Shown one piece after another: positions 1 to 9,898 of a stretch of DNA of 64,000 nt (the first letter of the stretch is position 1; the number at the start of each line of letters is the position of its first letter). The notes below the pieces were generated by a model that saw only the letters and a program-made list of their open reading frames with translations, searched no databases and was not told where the DNA came from. The stretch covers positions 13,192 to 77,191 of the forward strand of contig DENL01000005.1 of assembly GCA_002359655.1 (NCBI GenBank). Reading direction: 5' to 3'. A program made the position numbers and the translations under genes. Source of the DNA: Rickettsiales bacterium UBA2645. GTDB lineage: Bacteria > Pseudomonadota > Alphaproteobacteria > Rickettsiales > UBA1997.

Positions 1-1017
1 GCTTTAACACCTTTCTCTACAACTTTTAAAGCCGTAACAATCGCACTTTTTTTAAGCATAATTTTTGTTTTAGCACGGCTTGCTTATCAAAAGAAATTTC
101 ACTCTAAAAATCACATTGAAGCTTTTTCAAAACTTGTCTTGTCAATCACTGCTGGTATTGGAATTTTAATTACTATTGTCACCACATTTTCAATTTTATT
201 TGAAGCGCTGAAGTTTTTTAAACTCATTAATCCTTTCGACTTTCTATTTGGTACTGTCTGGAATCCGCAAATGGCAGTCACTGCCGAGCAATCAGTCGGC
301 GCAAGCTCTTTTGGCATTGTACCAGTTTTTCTTGGCACGCTATTAATCACTTTGATTGCCATGCTGGTTGCAGTGCCTGTTGGCATTATGGCGGCGATTT
401 ATCTTTGTCTTTACGCCAAAGCAAAAGTTCGCGACTATTTAAAGCCAATTTTAGAAATTTTAGCCGGCGTTCCCACAGTTGTTTACGGCTATTTTGCTGT
501 AATCACCGTTGCACCTTTTTTCAAAAACTTATTTGCCCAATTTGGTTTGAACATCGCTTCTGAAAGCGCTTTAGCTGCTGGTTTTGTGATGGGTGTCATG
601 ATTATTCCTTTCGTTTTATCTTTAACAGATGATGCACTTAACTCGGTGCCGCAATCCTTAAAAGACGGCGCCTTAGCCATGGGCAGCACTAAATCTGAAA
701 TGATTAAAAAAGTAGTTTTACCTTCAGCAATGCCTTCAATTATTGGCGCTGTAATTTTAGCGGTGTCGCGCGCAATTGGTGAAACCATGATTGTTGTGAT
801 GGCTGCAGGTTTGGTTGCTAAGCTCACTTTCAATCCACTTGATTCAGTCACAACCGCTACTGCCCAAATCGTCACACTTTTAGTTGGCGATCAAGAATTC
901 AACAGCCCAAAAACCTTAGCCGCTTTTGCTCTAGCTTTAACACTTTTCATTTTCACCTTTATTTTCAACGTCATCGCTTTGATCGTGATTAAAAATTACA
1001 AGAAAAAATACGGGTAA
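1..1017 (+). CDS. pstC: Phosphate ABC transporter permease PstC (5' end runs off the window)
   Basis: ORF 139..1017 stays open in the same frame back to nt 1. It is a multi-TM protein with an ABC permease loop (SRAIGETMIV). pstA follows after an inserted gene. Confidence 0.85.
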   Translation, partial: ALTPFSTTFKAVTIALFLSIIFVLARLAYQKKFHSKNHIEAFSKLVLSITAGIGILITIVTTFSILFEALKFFKLINPFDFLFGTVWNPQMAVTAEQSVGASSFGIVPVFLGTLLITLIAMLVAVPVGIMAAIYLCLYAKAKVRDYLKPILEILAGVPTVVYGYFAVITVAPFFKNLFAQFGLNIASESALAAGFVMGVMIIPFVLSLTDDALNSVPQSLKDGALAMGSTKSEMIKKVVLPSAMPSIIGAVILAVSRAIGETMIVVMAAGLVAKLTFNPLDSVTTATAQIVTLLVGDQEFNSPKTLAAFALALTLFIFTFIFNVIALIVIKNYKKKYG

Positions 1018-1024
1018 ATCACCA

Positions 1025-2698
1025 ATGACCGAGCAAGAGTTAAGAAAATATCTCACTAAAAAATTTCCAAAAGAAGATGAGAGCTGCGAATGGAAAGCTT
1101 GGCAAACACTAAAAAATTCAATTGCCAATAGATGTGGAGATGATGCAATTTCCTATGTTTCCGCAATCTCTAACATGAAGGGCGGGCATCTCGTAATTGG
1201 AGTTGAAGATAAAACTTTAGAAATTCTAGGAATTAGAGATTTTGCTGGATATAGCGCAGAAAAAGCAAAGCATGATATACTTGATAAGACTAGTCATCTA
1301 AGCTCAGAAAAATTTGAAATTGAATCAGTAACAACATCTGACAGCAAAAAAACAATTTGGATTGTTAATATACCTCGCCACCAACCAAGACTTCCTGTTT
1401 ATGCCCACAAAAAAGCTTGGCAAAGAATTGGTGAAAGCTTGGTTGAAATGAAACTAGAAAGGCTAAATTCAATTTTAAATGAATATAAAGAAGGCAACGA
1501 CTGGAGTGCAAGAATAATTCCAGAAGCAACATCAGAGGATATTGATCCGCAAGCAATATTAAAAGCCAGAGAGCAATTCGTAATTCGTAACCCTAGATAT
1601 AAAAAAGATATAGAAACTTGGAACGATACAAAATTTTTAGACAAAGCCAAATTAACTGTAAGAGGATCAATAACCAATGCTGCTATGATTTTGCTTGGCA
1701 AAGCTGAGTCAGCACATTTCTTAGATTCTGCAGTAAAAATACTCTGGGGACTCAGGACAATTGACAATAGAGAAAAAGCGGGAGAGGTTTTTTCAATTCC
1801 TCTTATTCTAGCAGTTGACGAAGTTCTGGTAAGAATACGCAACTTGAAATATGTTCACCTCGGAACCGGAACACTTTTTCCTGATGAATTTTTGCGTTAC
1901 GAACCATTTTCAATTCGAGAGTTAATAAATAACGCAATTGCCCATCAAGACTACGAAGAGAAAGGCCGAATCAATGTTATAGAATATGAAGATGATCATT
2001 TAATTTTCTCGAATTGCGGCTCTTTCTTGCCAGATTCAGTTGAAGAAGTGGCTTTAAGCGATGTTCCTTTAGAAAAATATCGCAACCGCTTTTTGGTAGA
2101 AGCGATGAAAAATTTAAACATGATAGAAACCCACGGCGGCGGAATAAGAAAAGTTTTTAATCATCAAATTGAAAGGTTATTTCCTTTGCCAGAATATGAT
2201 CTTTCAGGAAATAGGGTTAAAGTTAAACTTACTGGAAAAATTATTGATGAAAATTTTGCAAAAATTTTGGGAAGTAGGAAATCTTTGGAATTGTCGAAGA
2301 TAATAATTCTTGATCGCGTACAAAAAAAATTACCAATAAATGATCTAGACGCGAAGAATCTAAAAAAAGAAGGTTTGATCGAGGGAAGAAAAGGACAGTA
2401 TTTTTTGTCCATTAATATTGCAGAAGCCCTGGAAAAAAAGGCTCAATACATTAAAAATAAGGCATTTGACAAAGACCACTACAAAACAATGATTCTTAAT
2501 TTTTTAGATAGGTATCGAGAAGCCTCTAGAAAAGAAATAGACGATTTAATAGCTGATAAATTATCCGACGTTTTGTCAGAGCAACAAAAAAAGAAAAAGA
2601 TCGATAATATTTTATATGAAATGGCTAGCAAAGACAAAGCTATTAAGAATTATGGTAGTAGCAGATTCCCTAAGTGGAAAAAATTAGGAGTAAATTAG
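1025..2698 (+). CDS. AlbA_2/Schlafen-type divergent AAA plus HATPase_c_4-like ATP-binding protein (COG2865-like putative DNA-binding regulator)
   Basis: 557-aa ORF starting 7 nt after the pstC stop. The N-terminal 'ESCEWK...MKGGHLVIGVEDKT' fits the AlbA_2 pattern. The central 'RELINNAIAHQDYEEKGRINV' fits the HATPase_c_4-like module. Assigned from motif memory only. Confidence 0.6.
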   Translation: MTEQELRKYLTKKFPKEDESCEWKAWQTLKNSIANRCGDDAISYVSAISNMKGGHLVIGVEDKTLEILGIRDFAGYSAEKAKHDILDKTSHLSSEKFEIESVTTSDSKKTIWIVNIPRHQPRLPVYAHKKAWQRIGESLVEMKLERLNSILNEYKEGNDWSARIIPEATSEDIDPQAILKAREQFVIRNPRYKKDIETWNDTKFLDKAKLTVRGSITNAAMILLGKAESAHFLDSAVKILWGLRTIDNREKAGEVFSIPLILAVDEVLVRIRNLKYVHLGTGTLFPDEFLRYEPFSIRELINNAIAHQDYEEKGRINVIEYEDDHLIFSNCGSFLPDSVEEVALSDVPLEKYRNRFLVEAMKNLNMIETHGGGIRKVFNHQIERLFPLPEYDLSGNRVKVKLTGKIIDENFAKILGSRKSLELSKIIILDRVQKKLPINDLDAKNLKKEGLIEGRKGQYFLSINIAEALEKKAQYIKNKAFDKDHYKTMILNFLDRYREASRKEIDDLIADKLSDVLSEQQKKKKIDNILYEMASKDKAIKNYGSSRFPKWKKLGVN

Positions 2699-2724
2699 GA
2701 GTAAATTAGGAGTAAATTAGGAGT
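2681..2724. repeat. Perfect tandem repeat, 11 bp x 4 (aaattaggagt)
   Basis: Four identical units read directly. The stop codon of the 557-aa ORF (TAG 2696-2698) lies in unit 2. Each unit carries an AGGAG Shine-Dalgarno-like core. Confidence 0.95.
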
Positions 2725-2848
2725 AAAAATACCCTCAAGCCAATAAAATCAAGGGCTAATTTTTTTAAAAAAGTGAAAAATTATTAATAAAATTAGTAAT
2801 AAAATTAATTAGTTTTATCCAAATCAGTCGTAAAAATTACAAAATAAA

Positions 2849-4081
2849 ATGGCAAAATTAGAAATTAAAAATCTGAAAAAACGACAAGCTAAAGAGACTC
2901 GCTTTCAATTTTTTGGCATGTTGGCAATTGGTTTTTCTCTGGCTTTTTTAGTGGCTTTATTTGGCATGATTTTGATCAAAAGTAGCGGAGCTTTTTCACA
3001 GACTAAAATTGCTCTTGAAATTGATTTAACTGCGCAAGCAGTCACAGAAAATTCTCAAAATGATGAAATCGGCTACCGCCGCTTGATCAAAAAATCTTTG
3101 CGAGAAAAATTTCCTGATGCGACTAAGGTGATTGACATTAACTTTTTGTACCAAATGCTAAGCAAAGTTGCTTCTTTAGAGCTGGAAGAGCAGGTTAAAA
3201 AAAATCCAGATTTGCTTGGCAAAAAAAATATTTTTTGGCTTTCTGCCTCGTCAAAAATTGATGTTTATTTCAAACATAAATCATCTGGCAGTTTGACTGA
3301 AAAACAAAAAATTTGGGCAGATAAATTAATTACAAACAAAGAAATCAAAACTTTTTTTAACGGCAGTTTTCTTAAATTTGCTGATTCACGCGAGCCAGAA
3401 ATTGCCGGCATTGGCGCTGGTTTGATTGGATCGTTTTTAGTAATGGTAATTTTTCTGGGATTAGCTTTTCCAATTGGCGTGATGTGCGCTTTTTATTTGG
3501 AAGAATTTGCTGCTAAAAATCGTGTCACCGACATCATCGAGATCAGTATTAACAACCTTGCTGCAATTCCTTCAATAATTTACGGCTTGCTTGGTTTGAC
3601 GGTTTATTTGCAGTTTTTTTATTTGCCGCGCTCTTCGGCTTTGGTTGGCGGAATGACATTATTTATTTTAGTTTTGCCGGTGATTATTATTGCCACGCGC
3701 AACACAATACGCTCAATTCCAAACTCAATTCGTGATGCAGCAATGGCGCTTGGTGCTTCGAAAGTTGAAATTGTCTGGCATCATTTGTTGCCGCTTTCAG
3801 TTCCCGGAATCATGACGGGAACAATTTTGGCAATTTCACGCGCCCTTGGCGAAACCGCGCCACTCTTGATGATTGGCATGATCGCTTTCATTGCCGATAT
3901 TCCACAAAATTTCACCGATCCAACAACTGTATTGCCAGTGCAAATTTATTTGTGGTCAGATTCTCCTGAAATTGGTTTTGCCGAAAAAACTGCTGCGGCA
4001 ATTTTGGTTCTTCTTGGTTTTCTGATTTTATTTAACTTAGTTGCGATTATTTTGCGTAAAAGATTTGAAAGGAAATGGTAG
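2849..4081 (+). CDS. pstA: Phosphate ABC transporter permease PstA (long form)
   Basis: 410 aa with an N-terminal TM, a large loop, then the permease core carrying 'SRALGETAPLLMIG'. This is the typical PstA C-terminal half. Confidence 0.85.
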   Translation: MAKLEIKNLKKRQAKETRFQFFGMLAIGFSLAFLVALFGMILIKSSGAFSQTKIALEIDLTAQAVTENSQNDEIGYRRLIKKSLREKFPDATKVIDINFLYQMLSKVASLELEEQVKKNPDLLGKKNIFWLSASSKIDVYFKHKSSGSLTEKQKIWADKLITNKEIKTFFNGSFLKFADSREPEIAGIGAGLIGSFLVMVIFLGLAFPIGVMCAFYLEEFAAKNRVTDIIEISINNLAAIPSIIYGLLGLTVYLQFFYLPRSSALVGGMTLFILVLPVIIIATRNTIRSIPNSIRDAAMALGASKVEIVWHHLLPLSVPGIMTGTILAISRALGETAPLLMIGMIAFIADIPQNFTDPTTVLPVQIYLWSDSPEIGFAEKTAAAILVLLGFLILFNLVAIILRKRFERKW

Positions 4082-4184
4082 TCATTTCACCCTGCGACAG
4101 ACTCTTGGTTTTTTAGAAAATTTAGGCATTCTTAAAAACAGCTTTCTAACCTTGTAAATATCAGCTCTACAGCAATCAAAATCA

Positions 4185-4208
4185 AATTTTCCGCTCGAGC
4201 GGAAAATT
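4185..4208. repeat. 24-bp perfect palindrome aattttccgctcgagcggaaaatt, 20 bp upstream of folP
   Basis: Read directly. No adjacent U-tract, so its function (operator or weak terminator) is unresolved. Confidence 0.9.
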
Positions 4209-4227
4209 CAAAATTTCTTATTAAAAA

Positions 4228-5022
4228 ATGGTAAAGATTGTCGGAATTTTAAATGTCACGCCCGACTCATTTTCTGACGGCGGAAAATTTAACTCTCTCG
4301 ACAACGCTCTCATTCAATTAAAAAAAATGATTGATGAAGGTGCTGATGTAATTGACATTGGTGCTGAATCCACAAGACCAAACGCTGTCAAAATAACTGC
4401 AGAAGAAGAATGGCAAAGATTGGAAAAAATTCTTCCCGAAATAATTAAAGTGGTAAAAAACTCTGCGCCTAAAATCAAAACCAGCATCGATTCCTATCAT
4501 TTTGAAACTTTAAAAAAAGCTCACGAAATTGGCGTTGATGTTATTAACGATGTTACTGGCTTGTCTGATGCAAGAATTATTGATTTTATTGCCGCTAAAA
4601 ACATCGAAACAATTTTGATGCACAACCTGCAAATCCCTGCTGTTCAAGGTGCGGTAATTAATCGTAACATTAATCTGATTAGAGAAATAATTTCTTGGGC
4701 GCAGCAAAAAATTTTCTACCTCGAGCAAAAGAAAGTTAAAAAATCACAACTAATTTTTGATCCCGGAATTGGTTTTGCTAAAGACGCTTTGCAATCAATT
4801 CGTATTTTAAAAAACATTGAAGATTTCAGAATTTTAGGACTCCCGATTTATGTTGGTCACTCGAAAAAAAGTTTTTTAGAAGCGATTGATTTTTCTGATT
4901 ACGGCGAAAATTTAAACCGCGCTGAAAAAACACTAATTATTTCAAAATATCTGAAAGAAAAAAATGTCGATTATCTGCGAGTGCACGAGGTAAAAGCCAC
5001 CATCGACTTCTGCTTATTTTAA
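4228..5022 (+). CDS. folP: Dihydropteroate synthase
   Basis: 264 aa. 'VGILNVTPDSFSDGG', 'DIGAESTRP' and 'DPGIGFAK' are canonical DHPS motifs. Confidence 0.9.
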   Translation: MVKIVGILNVTPDSFSDGGKFNSLDNALIQLKKMIDEGADVIDIGAESTRPNAVKITAEEEWQRLEKILPEIIKVVKNSAPKIKTSIDSYHFETLKKAHEIGVDVINDVTGLSDARIIDFIAAKNIETILMHNLQIPAVQGAVINRNINLIREIISWAQQKIFYLEQKKVKKSQLIFDPGIGFAKDALQSIRILKNIEDFRILGLPIYVGHSKKSFLEAIDFSDYGENLNRAEKTLIISKYLKEKNVDYLRVHEVKATIDFCLF

Positions 5023-5036
5023 ATTTAAGTCAAAAC

Positions 5037-5067
5037 CTTGTAATCGCCAAAGCTCTTCTTAAGTTGG
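5037..5067 (+). promoter_or_regulatory. Candidate RpoH (sigma-32)-type promoter of dnaK
   Basis: CTTG(5037-5040)-N17-CTTAAGTTGG resembles the alphaproteobacterial sigma-32 consensus CTTG-N17-CYTATNTNNG with one mismatch. It lies ~70 nt upstream of the dnaK ATG. Confidence 0.35.
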
Positions 5068-5136
5068 TCTTACAAATTAAAAAGCACCACTAAGCAATAA
5101 ACTCAACAATCAAAACCAACCAAATAATTACAATTT

Positions 5137-7068
5137 ATGTCTAATAAAGTAATCGGCATTGACCTTGGAACCACCAACTCTTGCGTGGCAATCATGGAAG
5201 GTAAAAATGTTAAAGTTATTGAAAATTCTGAAGGTGTCAGAACCACTCCTTCAATCATCGGATTTTTAGCGAATGGCGAAAGAACAGTCGGAGCATCTGC
5301 AAAACGCCAAGCTGTAACCAATCCCCAAAATACAATTTTTGGTATCAAGAGATTAATCGGTCGCAGAAATGACGATCCAACAACTGCCAAAGACAAAGAG
5401 CTAGTTCCCTACAAAATCGTGCCTTCAGCAAATGGCGACGCTTGGGTTGAAGTTAAAGGTGAAAAATATTCTCCCAGCCAAATTTCTGCTTTCACTTTAA
5501 TGAAGATGAAAGAAACCGCCGAAAGCTATTTAGGCGAAAAAGTTGACAAAGCTGTAATCACTGTGCCTGCTTATTTCAACGACTCACAACGCCAAGCCAC
5601 CAAAGATGCTGGCAAAATTGCCGGCCTTGACGTGCTTCGTATTATTAACGAACCAACTGCCGCAGCTCTGGCTTACGGCTTTGACAAAAAAGGCGGACAG
5701 ACAATTGCGGTGTACGATTTGGGTGGCGGTACTTTTGACGTTTCAATTTTAGAAATTGGCGACGGCGTTTTCGAAGTAAAATCAACCAATGGCGACACTT
5801 TCTTAGGTGGCGAAGATTTCGACATGCGTATTCTGAAATTCTTAACAGAAGAATTTAAAAAAGAGCAGGGCGTCGATTTGTCAAAAGATCCTTTGGCTTT
5901 ACAGCGTTTGAAAGAAGCTTCTGAAAAGGCTAAAATCGAGCTTTCAAGCTTGATGGAAACCGAAATCAATTTGCCTTACATCACTGCTGACGCTTCGGGC
6001 CCTAAGCATTTAAATGTCAAACTTTCGCGCGCTAAACTCGAACAATTAGTTGACGATTTAATAGAGCGCACCGTCAAACCTTGTGAAAACGCTTTGCAAG
6101 ATGCTGGTTTAAAAGCTTCTGACATTCACGAAGTTATTTTGGTTGGCGGAATGAGCCGCATGCCAAAAGTGATTGAAACTGTGAAAAAACTTTTTGGCAA
6201 AGAACCAAATAAATCAGTAAATCCTGACGAAGTTGTGGCGATTGGTGCGGCGATTCAAGGTGCAGTTCTGCAAGGTGACGTGAAAGACGTTCTTCTCTTA
6301 GACGTAACTCCGCTTTCACTTGGAATTGAAACTGCTGGCGGCGTATTTACTCGCTTGATTGATCGTAACACTACAATTCCAACTAATAAGAGCCAAGTTT
6401 TCTCAACTGCTGCCGACAACCAAACCGCGGTTACAATTAAAGTCTTCCAAGGTGAGCGCGACATTGCAGTTCACAATAAAATCCTTGGTGAATTTAATTT
6501 AGAAGGAATTGCTCCAGCGCCTCGCGGAATGCCGCAAATCGAAGTTATTTTCGACATTGATGCCAACGGTGTGGTGAAAGTTTCGGCCAAAGATAAAGCA
6601 ACTGGCAAAGAGCAACAAATCAGAATTCAATCCTCCGGTGGCTTGTCTGAAGCTGAAATTCAAAAAATGATGAAAGACGCTGAAGCCAATGCTGAAGCTG
6701 ACAAAGCTAAGAAAGAATTTATTGAGGCTAAAAATCACGCTGATGCTGCGGTTTACGAAACTGAAAAATCTTTGAAAGAACACGGCGACAAAGTTGATGC
6801 TGCAACTAAATCAGCAATTGAGACAGAAGTACAAAAAGTGAAAGATCTTACAGCCAAATCTGACGCGACTGCCGCTGAGTTGAAATCTGCAACTGAAAGC
6901 TTGATGCAAAATTCAATGAAGCTTGGTGAAGCAATTTACAAAGCAAGTCAAGCTGGCGCTGGTGACGCTCAATCTCACGATCAAGCCAAATCAGCAAATG
7001 CAGAATCTGGCGAAAAAGTTGTTGATGCGGAATATGAGGAAGTAAAAAAAGATGAGAAAAAAAGTTAA
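5137..7068 (+). CDS. dnaK: Molecular chaperone DnaK (Hsp70)
   Basis: 643 aa. '[13 protein letters not shown]', '[10 protein letters not shown]' and '[13 protein letters not shown]' are unmistakable Hsp70 motifs. Confidence 0.98.
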   Translation: MSNKVIGIDLGTTNSCVAIMEGKNVKVIENSEGVRTTPSIIGFLANGERTVGASAKRQAVTNPQNTIFGIKRLIGRRNDDPTTAKDKELVPYKIVPSANGDAWVEVKGEKYSPSQISAFTLMKMKETAESYLGEKVDKAVITVPAYFNDSQRQATKDAGKIAGLDVLRIINEPTAAALAYGFDKKGGQTIAVYDLGGGTFDVSILEIGDGVFEVKSTNGDTFLGGEDFDMRILKFLTEEFKKEQGVDLSKDPLALQRLKEASEKAKIELSSLMETEINLPYITADASGPKHLNVKLSRAKLEQLVDDLIERTVKPCENALQDAGLKASDIHEVILVGGMSRMPKVIETVKKLFGKEPNKSVNPDEVVAIGAAIQGAVLQGDVKDVLLLDVTPLSLGIETAGGVFTRLIDRNTTIPTNKSQVFSTAADNQTAVTIKVFQGERDIAVHNKILGEFNLEGIAPAPRGMPQIEVIFDIDANGVVKVSAKDKATGKEQQIRIQSSGGLSEAEIQKMMKDAEANAEADKAKKEFIEAKNHADAAVYETEKSLKEHGDKVDAATKSAIETEVQKVKDLTAKSDATAAELKSATESLMQNSMKLGEAIYKASQAGAGDAQSHDQAKSANAESGEKVVDAEYEEVKKDEKKS

Positions 7069-7078
7069 TCATTCTGCA

Positions 7079-7112
7079 AATCAGATCCCGTCAATATTTA
7101 CGGGATCTGATT
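7079..7112. terminator. Hairpin between the convergent genes dnaK and the hybrid kinase
   Basis: aatcagatcccg / loop tcaatattta / cgggatctgatt gives a 12-bp stem. T-rich flanks are short on both strands. Confidence 0.55.
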
Positions 7113-7116
7113 CTTT

Positions 7117-9081
7117 CTAAGAACACATCGATTTGTCTTTAGTTTTACAAAACACAATTGCTTCCACTAACCTTTTGTAATCGTCGCCTTTAATAAAATA
7201 ATCATCAAAACCAGCGTTTAAGATTTCGTGAATTTTTTCTTTTTCACTTTCACCAGTAAAAGCAATTATTGGTGTTAGCGCTAAATTATTATTAGTTTGA
7301 AATTCACGCAGCTTTTTTGCCACTAAAACTCCGCTTAATTCTGGCATGTTAATATCAAGCAAAATCAAATCATAAACATGCTCTTTAGCCATGTTTAGAG
7401 CTTCTTCTCCGTTTCTTACTTCATCAGTTTTAACGTCAAATTTTTCTAAATATTTTACCGTTAAAATAATATTTACATTCTCGTCATCGGCTAAGAGAAT
7501 TTTTTTATCTTTAAGATTTTTTCTGATTTCTTTTTCTGTAAGCAAGTTTTTTTCTAACTTGATTAGAGACCATTTTGAAACTTCTCTAAGAAAGAAACTC
7601 GCCGGAGCATATTTTGCCACATAGCTACTGAATCCAGCTTTTTTCAATCTTCCAAAAATAGGTTCTAAGCTTTTGAAGGAATAAGCAATGATTGGGGTTG
7701 TGCGATCAAACTCACGGATTTTTTGTACTAAAGAAACTGCATCAACTTCCGACATTTCAACTTCGGCTATTACTAAATCATAAGTATTGGAGCCAATCAT
7801 TTCTAGGGCATCGTCACCATTACCGACTAGATCACAAGTTGTTGATTGCAGATTTTTTTCTAACAATTTTTTAATATTTTCTGCACTCGATTTATGGTCA
7901 TCGATTAGCAATATTTTGTTAGTTCCCGGCTGTTTTGCTTTTCTAGTTTCTTTAGGAAAGGCTAAAATAAATTCACTAAATTCACCCTCGATTGAATTAC
8001 AAGAAATTGCACCGCCAAAGCTACTCATAGTTTTGCGGCAAAATGCCAAGCCAAGTCCGGTGCCGCCTTCTTTGCCGGAAGTAGAGAAAACTTCAAACAA
8101 ACTATGTAATTTGCTTTCTGGAATACCCGGCCCGTCATCACGAACATAAATGCGATTGAAACGATCGTCACTGATTTCAGCCCTGATGGTGATGGTTAAA
8201 TTAGGATGAGATCTTAAGTAATAAAAAGTGTTCTTAAATAAATTGAAGAAAACATAGCTTAGCAAAGTCTCATTACACTTCACTTTGAAATCGTTCTCTT
8301 CATTGATTTCAATAAAGATTTTTTCTTTTTCGTTTGCTGCAAAAGTATATTCTTTCATTACTGTTTTAATGATTTCTGAAATCAGACAATCTTTAAAAGC
8401 TGTAGTATCGATTGGTTTTTGCTTGATGCTGTCCAAAATTATATCAATCAAAATATTACCACGCTTGGCTGAGGAAGCAGCTATATCAAGCGACTCAACA
8501 ATTTCTTGAAACTCTCTTTTTTTAAGTGGCGTGATTTTTTCGCTGTCATCATCGCAACAAAATTTCTCAAGCAATTTGGCTTGATTGAGTTTTTCTTTTA
8601 CTAACTCAGTTGATTGACGCACGGTATTTAAAGGGTTGCGCATTTCATGAGCGATTGATCCGCTAAGTCCCAAATAATTTTGTCTGGCTTCAAATTCATC
8701 TAACGCCTTTCTAAGCAAGGCTGAAACCTGCACCACATCCCAAGGTTTGGTCAGATAAGCAAAAACGTTACTTTTATTAATGGCGGAAATGTTGTCTTCA
8801 AGATTGGCGTAAGCAGTGGTTATAATTCTAATGATGTTTTGGTTTTTTTCTCTGACAGCTGTTAAAAGATCAACCCCATTGATTTTGGGCATTTTTTGAT
8901 CAGAAACTACAACAGCGATATTGAAATGTTTTTCATCAATAATCTGCAAAACTTCACTTGGATTTGTGGTAGCAATAATATTGAAATGCTGACCAAAAAG
9001 TTTTTCGAAATATTTGACCGACTTTTCTTCGTCGTCCACGAAAATAATAGAATATTTTGAATTGTTATTTTTATCTGTCAT
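7117..9081 (-). CDS. Hybrid sensor histidine kinase, REC-HisKA-HATPase-pseudoREC-REC
   Basis: 654 aa. N-terminal receiver 'IIFVDDEE...VVVSDQKMPKINGVDLL...KPWD'. H-box 'SIAHEMRNPLN'. HATPase 'VRDDGPGIP...GGTGLGLAFCR'. A second receiver-like domain has Glu at the acceptor position ('LVIAEVEMSEVD'). The third receiver is canonical ('LILLDINMPELSG'). No TM segments seen. Confidence 0.85.
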   Translation of the reverse strand: MTDKNNNSKYSIIFVDDEEKSVKYFEKLFGQHFNIIATTNPSEVLQIIDEKHFNIAVVVSDQKMPKINGVDLLTAVREKNQNIIRIITTAYANLEDNISAINKSNVFAYLTKPWDVVQVSALLRKALDEFEARQNYLGLSGSIAHEMRNPLNTVRQSTELVKEKLNQAKLLEKFCCDDDSEKITPLKKREFQEIVESLDIAASSAKRGNILIDIILDSIKQKPIDTTAFKDCLISEIIKTVMKEYTFAANEKEKIFIEINEENDFKVKCNETLLSYVFFNLFKNTFYYLRSHPNLTITIRAEISDDRFNRIYVRDDGPGIPESKLHSLFEVFSTSGKEGGTGLGLAFCRKTMSSFGGAISCNSIEGEFSEFILAFPKETRKAKQPGTNKILLIDDHKSSAENIKKLLEKNLQSTTCDLVGNGDDALEMIGSNTYDLVIAEVEMSEVDAVSLVQKIREFDRTTPIIAYSFKSLEPIFGRLKKAGFSSYVAKYAPASFFLREVSKWSLIKLEKNLLTEKEIRKNLKDKKILLADDENVNIILTVKYLEKFDVKTDEVRNGEEALNMAKEHVYDLILLDINMPELSGVLVAKKLREFQTNNNLALTPIIAFTGESEKEKIHEILNAGFDDYFIKGDDYKRLVEAIVFCKTKDKSMCS

Positions 9082-9140
9082 TGGCGTGTATCTTCTTGGT
9101 TTAGAGCTTTTTTAAAGATTTACTTGTGGACATCAAAATT

Positions 9141-9340
9141 TCCAAAAGCGCTATACTTGCTTGAGTAAAAATAAAACATACCCCAATTGGGTATAGCAAC
9201 ATCTTTAAAATAAAATAGCTTTTGTAGTAATCAGAAATTCAACTTAGACTTAAGAAAAAAAATCAGGCAACCAAAAAATACTGATTTAAATTCAAATAAA
9301 AAAATTGGCTTAAGTTTGGTTTCTAATACTTCACATAATC
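9141..9340. repeat. Direct repeat copy A (~200 bp), paired with 10509..10705
   Basis: By-eye alignment. The core 'acataccccaattgggtatagcaacatctttaaaataaaatagcttttgtagtaatcagaaatt' and the distal 'caaaaaatactgatttaaattca..ttggcttaagtttggtttctaata' recur almost identically in copy B. A central ~30 bp has diverged. Confidence 0.9.
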
Positions 9341-9421
9341 TAATAATTTTATTAGCATTTATACTTAAAAATAATCTTGCATAATTAGACTATATTCTAA
9401 TATTAATTCATTTTTATTAGA

Positions 9422-9898
9422 TTGTATTACAACATAATGACCAAAAAATTAAAACAAATTCAACTTACAAACCTAGACAAACGCTTTAATCAAATGCGTT
9501 TTGAGCCAAAGCCAAAATCTGGTTGGATCAAAACAATCAGAGAAGCTCTGTCCATGCCCTTGGCTTTTCCAGCAAAAAAATTAAAAATTTCACAGCCCAG
9601 CGTTGCAAGACTAGAAAAAAACGAAATTGACGAAAGCATCACCCTAAAATCTTTAAGACAATTAGCAGCAGTAATGAATTGCGAATTACATTACGCCATT
9701 ATTCCACACCAAAAATCTTTAAAAAAAATTGTCGAGAAACGCTCTGAACAAAAAGCAAGATCAATAGTTAATGATGTAAATAACACCATGTCTCTTGAAG
9801 ATCAAAAAATTAAAGATCCCAAAAGATCAGTTAAATTTTTAGCTAAAGAATTTGCCGAAGATCTAAAAAAAAGTTTGTGGCACGATGATGAAAATTAA
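9422..9898 (+). CDS. XRE-type HTH protein (resembles 'mobile mystery protein A'), putative antitoxin/regulator of the adjacent Fic gene
   Basis: 158 aa; the start may instead be Met6 at 9437. 'GWIKTIREALSM...LKISQPSVARLEKNE...LKSLRQLAAVMNCELHYAIIP' is an HTH_3-like pattern. It overlaps the Fic gene by 14 nt. Confidence 0.6.
   Translation: MYYNIMTKKLKQIQLTNLDKRFNQMRFEPKPKSGWIKTIREALSMPLAFPAKKLKISQPSVARLEKNEIDESITLKSLRQLAAVMNCELHYAIIPHQKSLKKIVEKRSEQKARSIVNDVNNTMSLEDQKIKDPKRSVKFLAKEFAEDLKKSLWHDDEN

Noticed and set aside
1399-1842. 147-aa ORF antisense to the AlbA_2-type gene
   Set aside because: The sense-strand ORF is 557 aa with recognisable motifs. The antisense ORF has no features and is a typical AT-rich shadow ORF.
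4185-4208. 24-bp palindrome considered as the pstA intrinsic terminator
   Set aside because: No U-tract follows on either strand, and it sits 100 bp past the pstA stop and 20 bp before folP. It is recorded as a repeat only.
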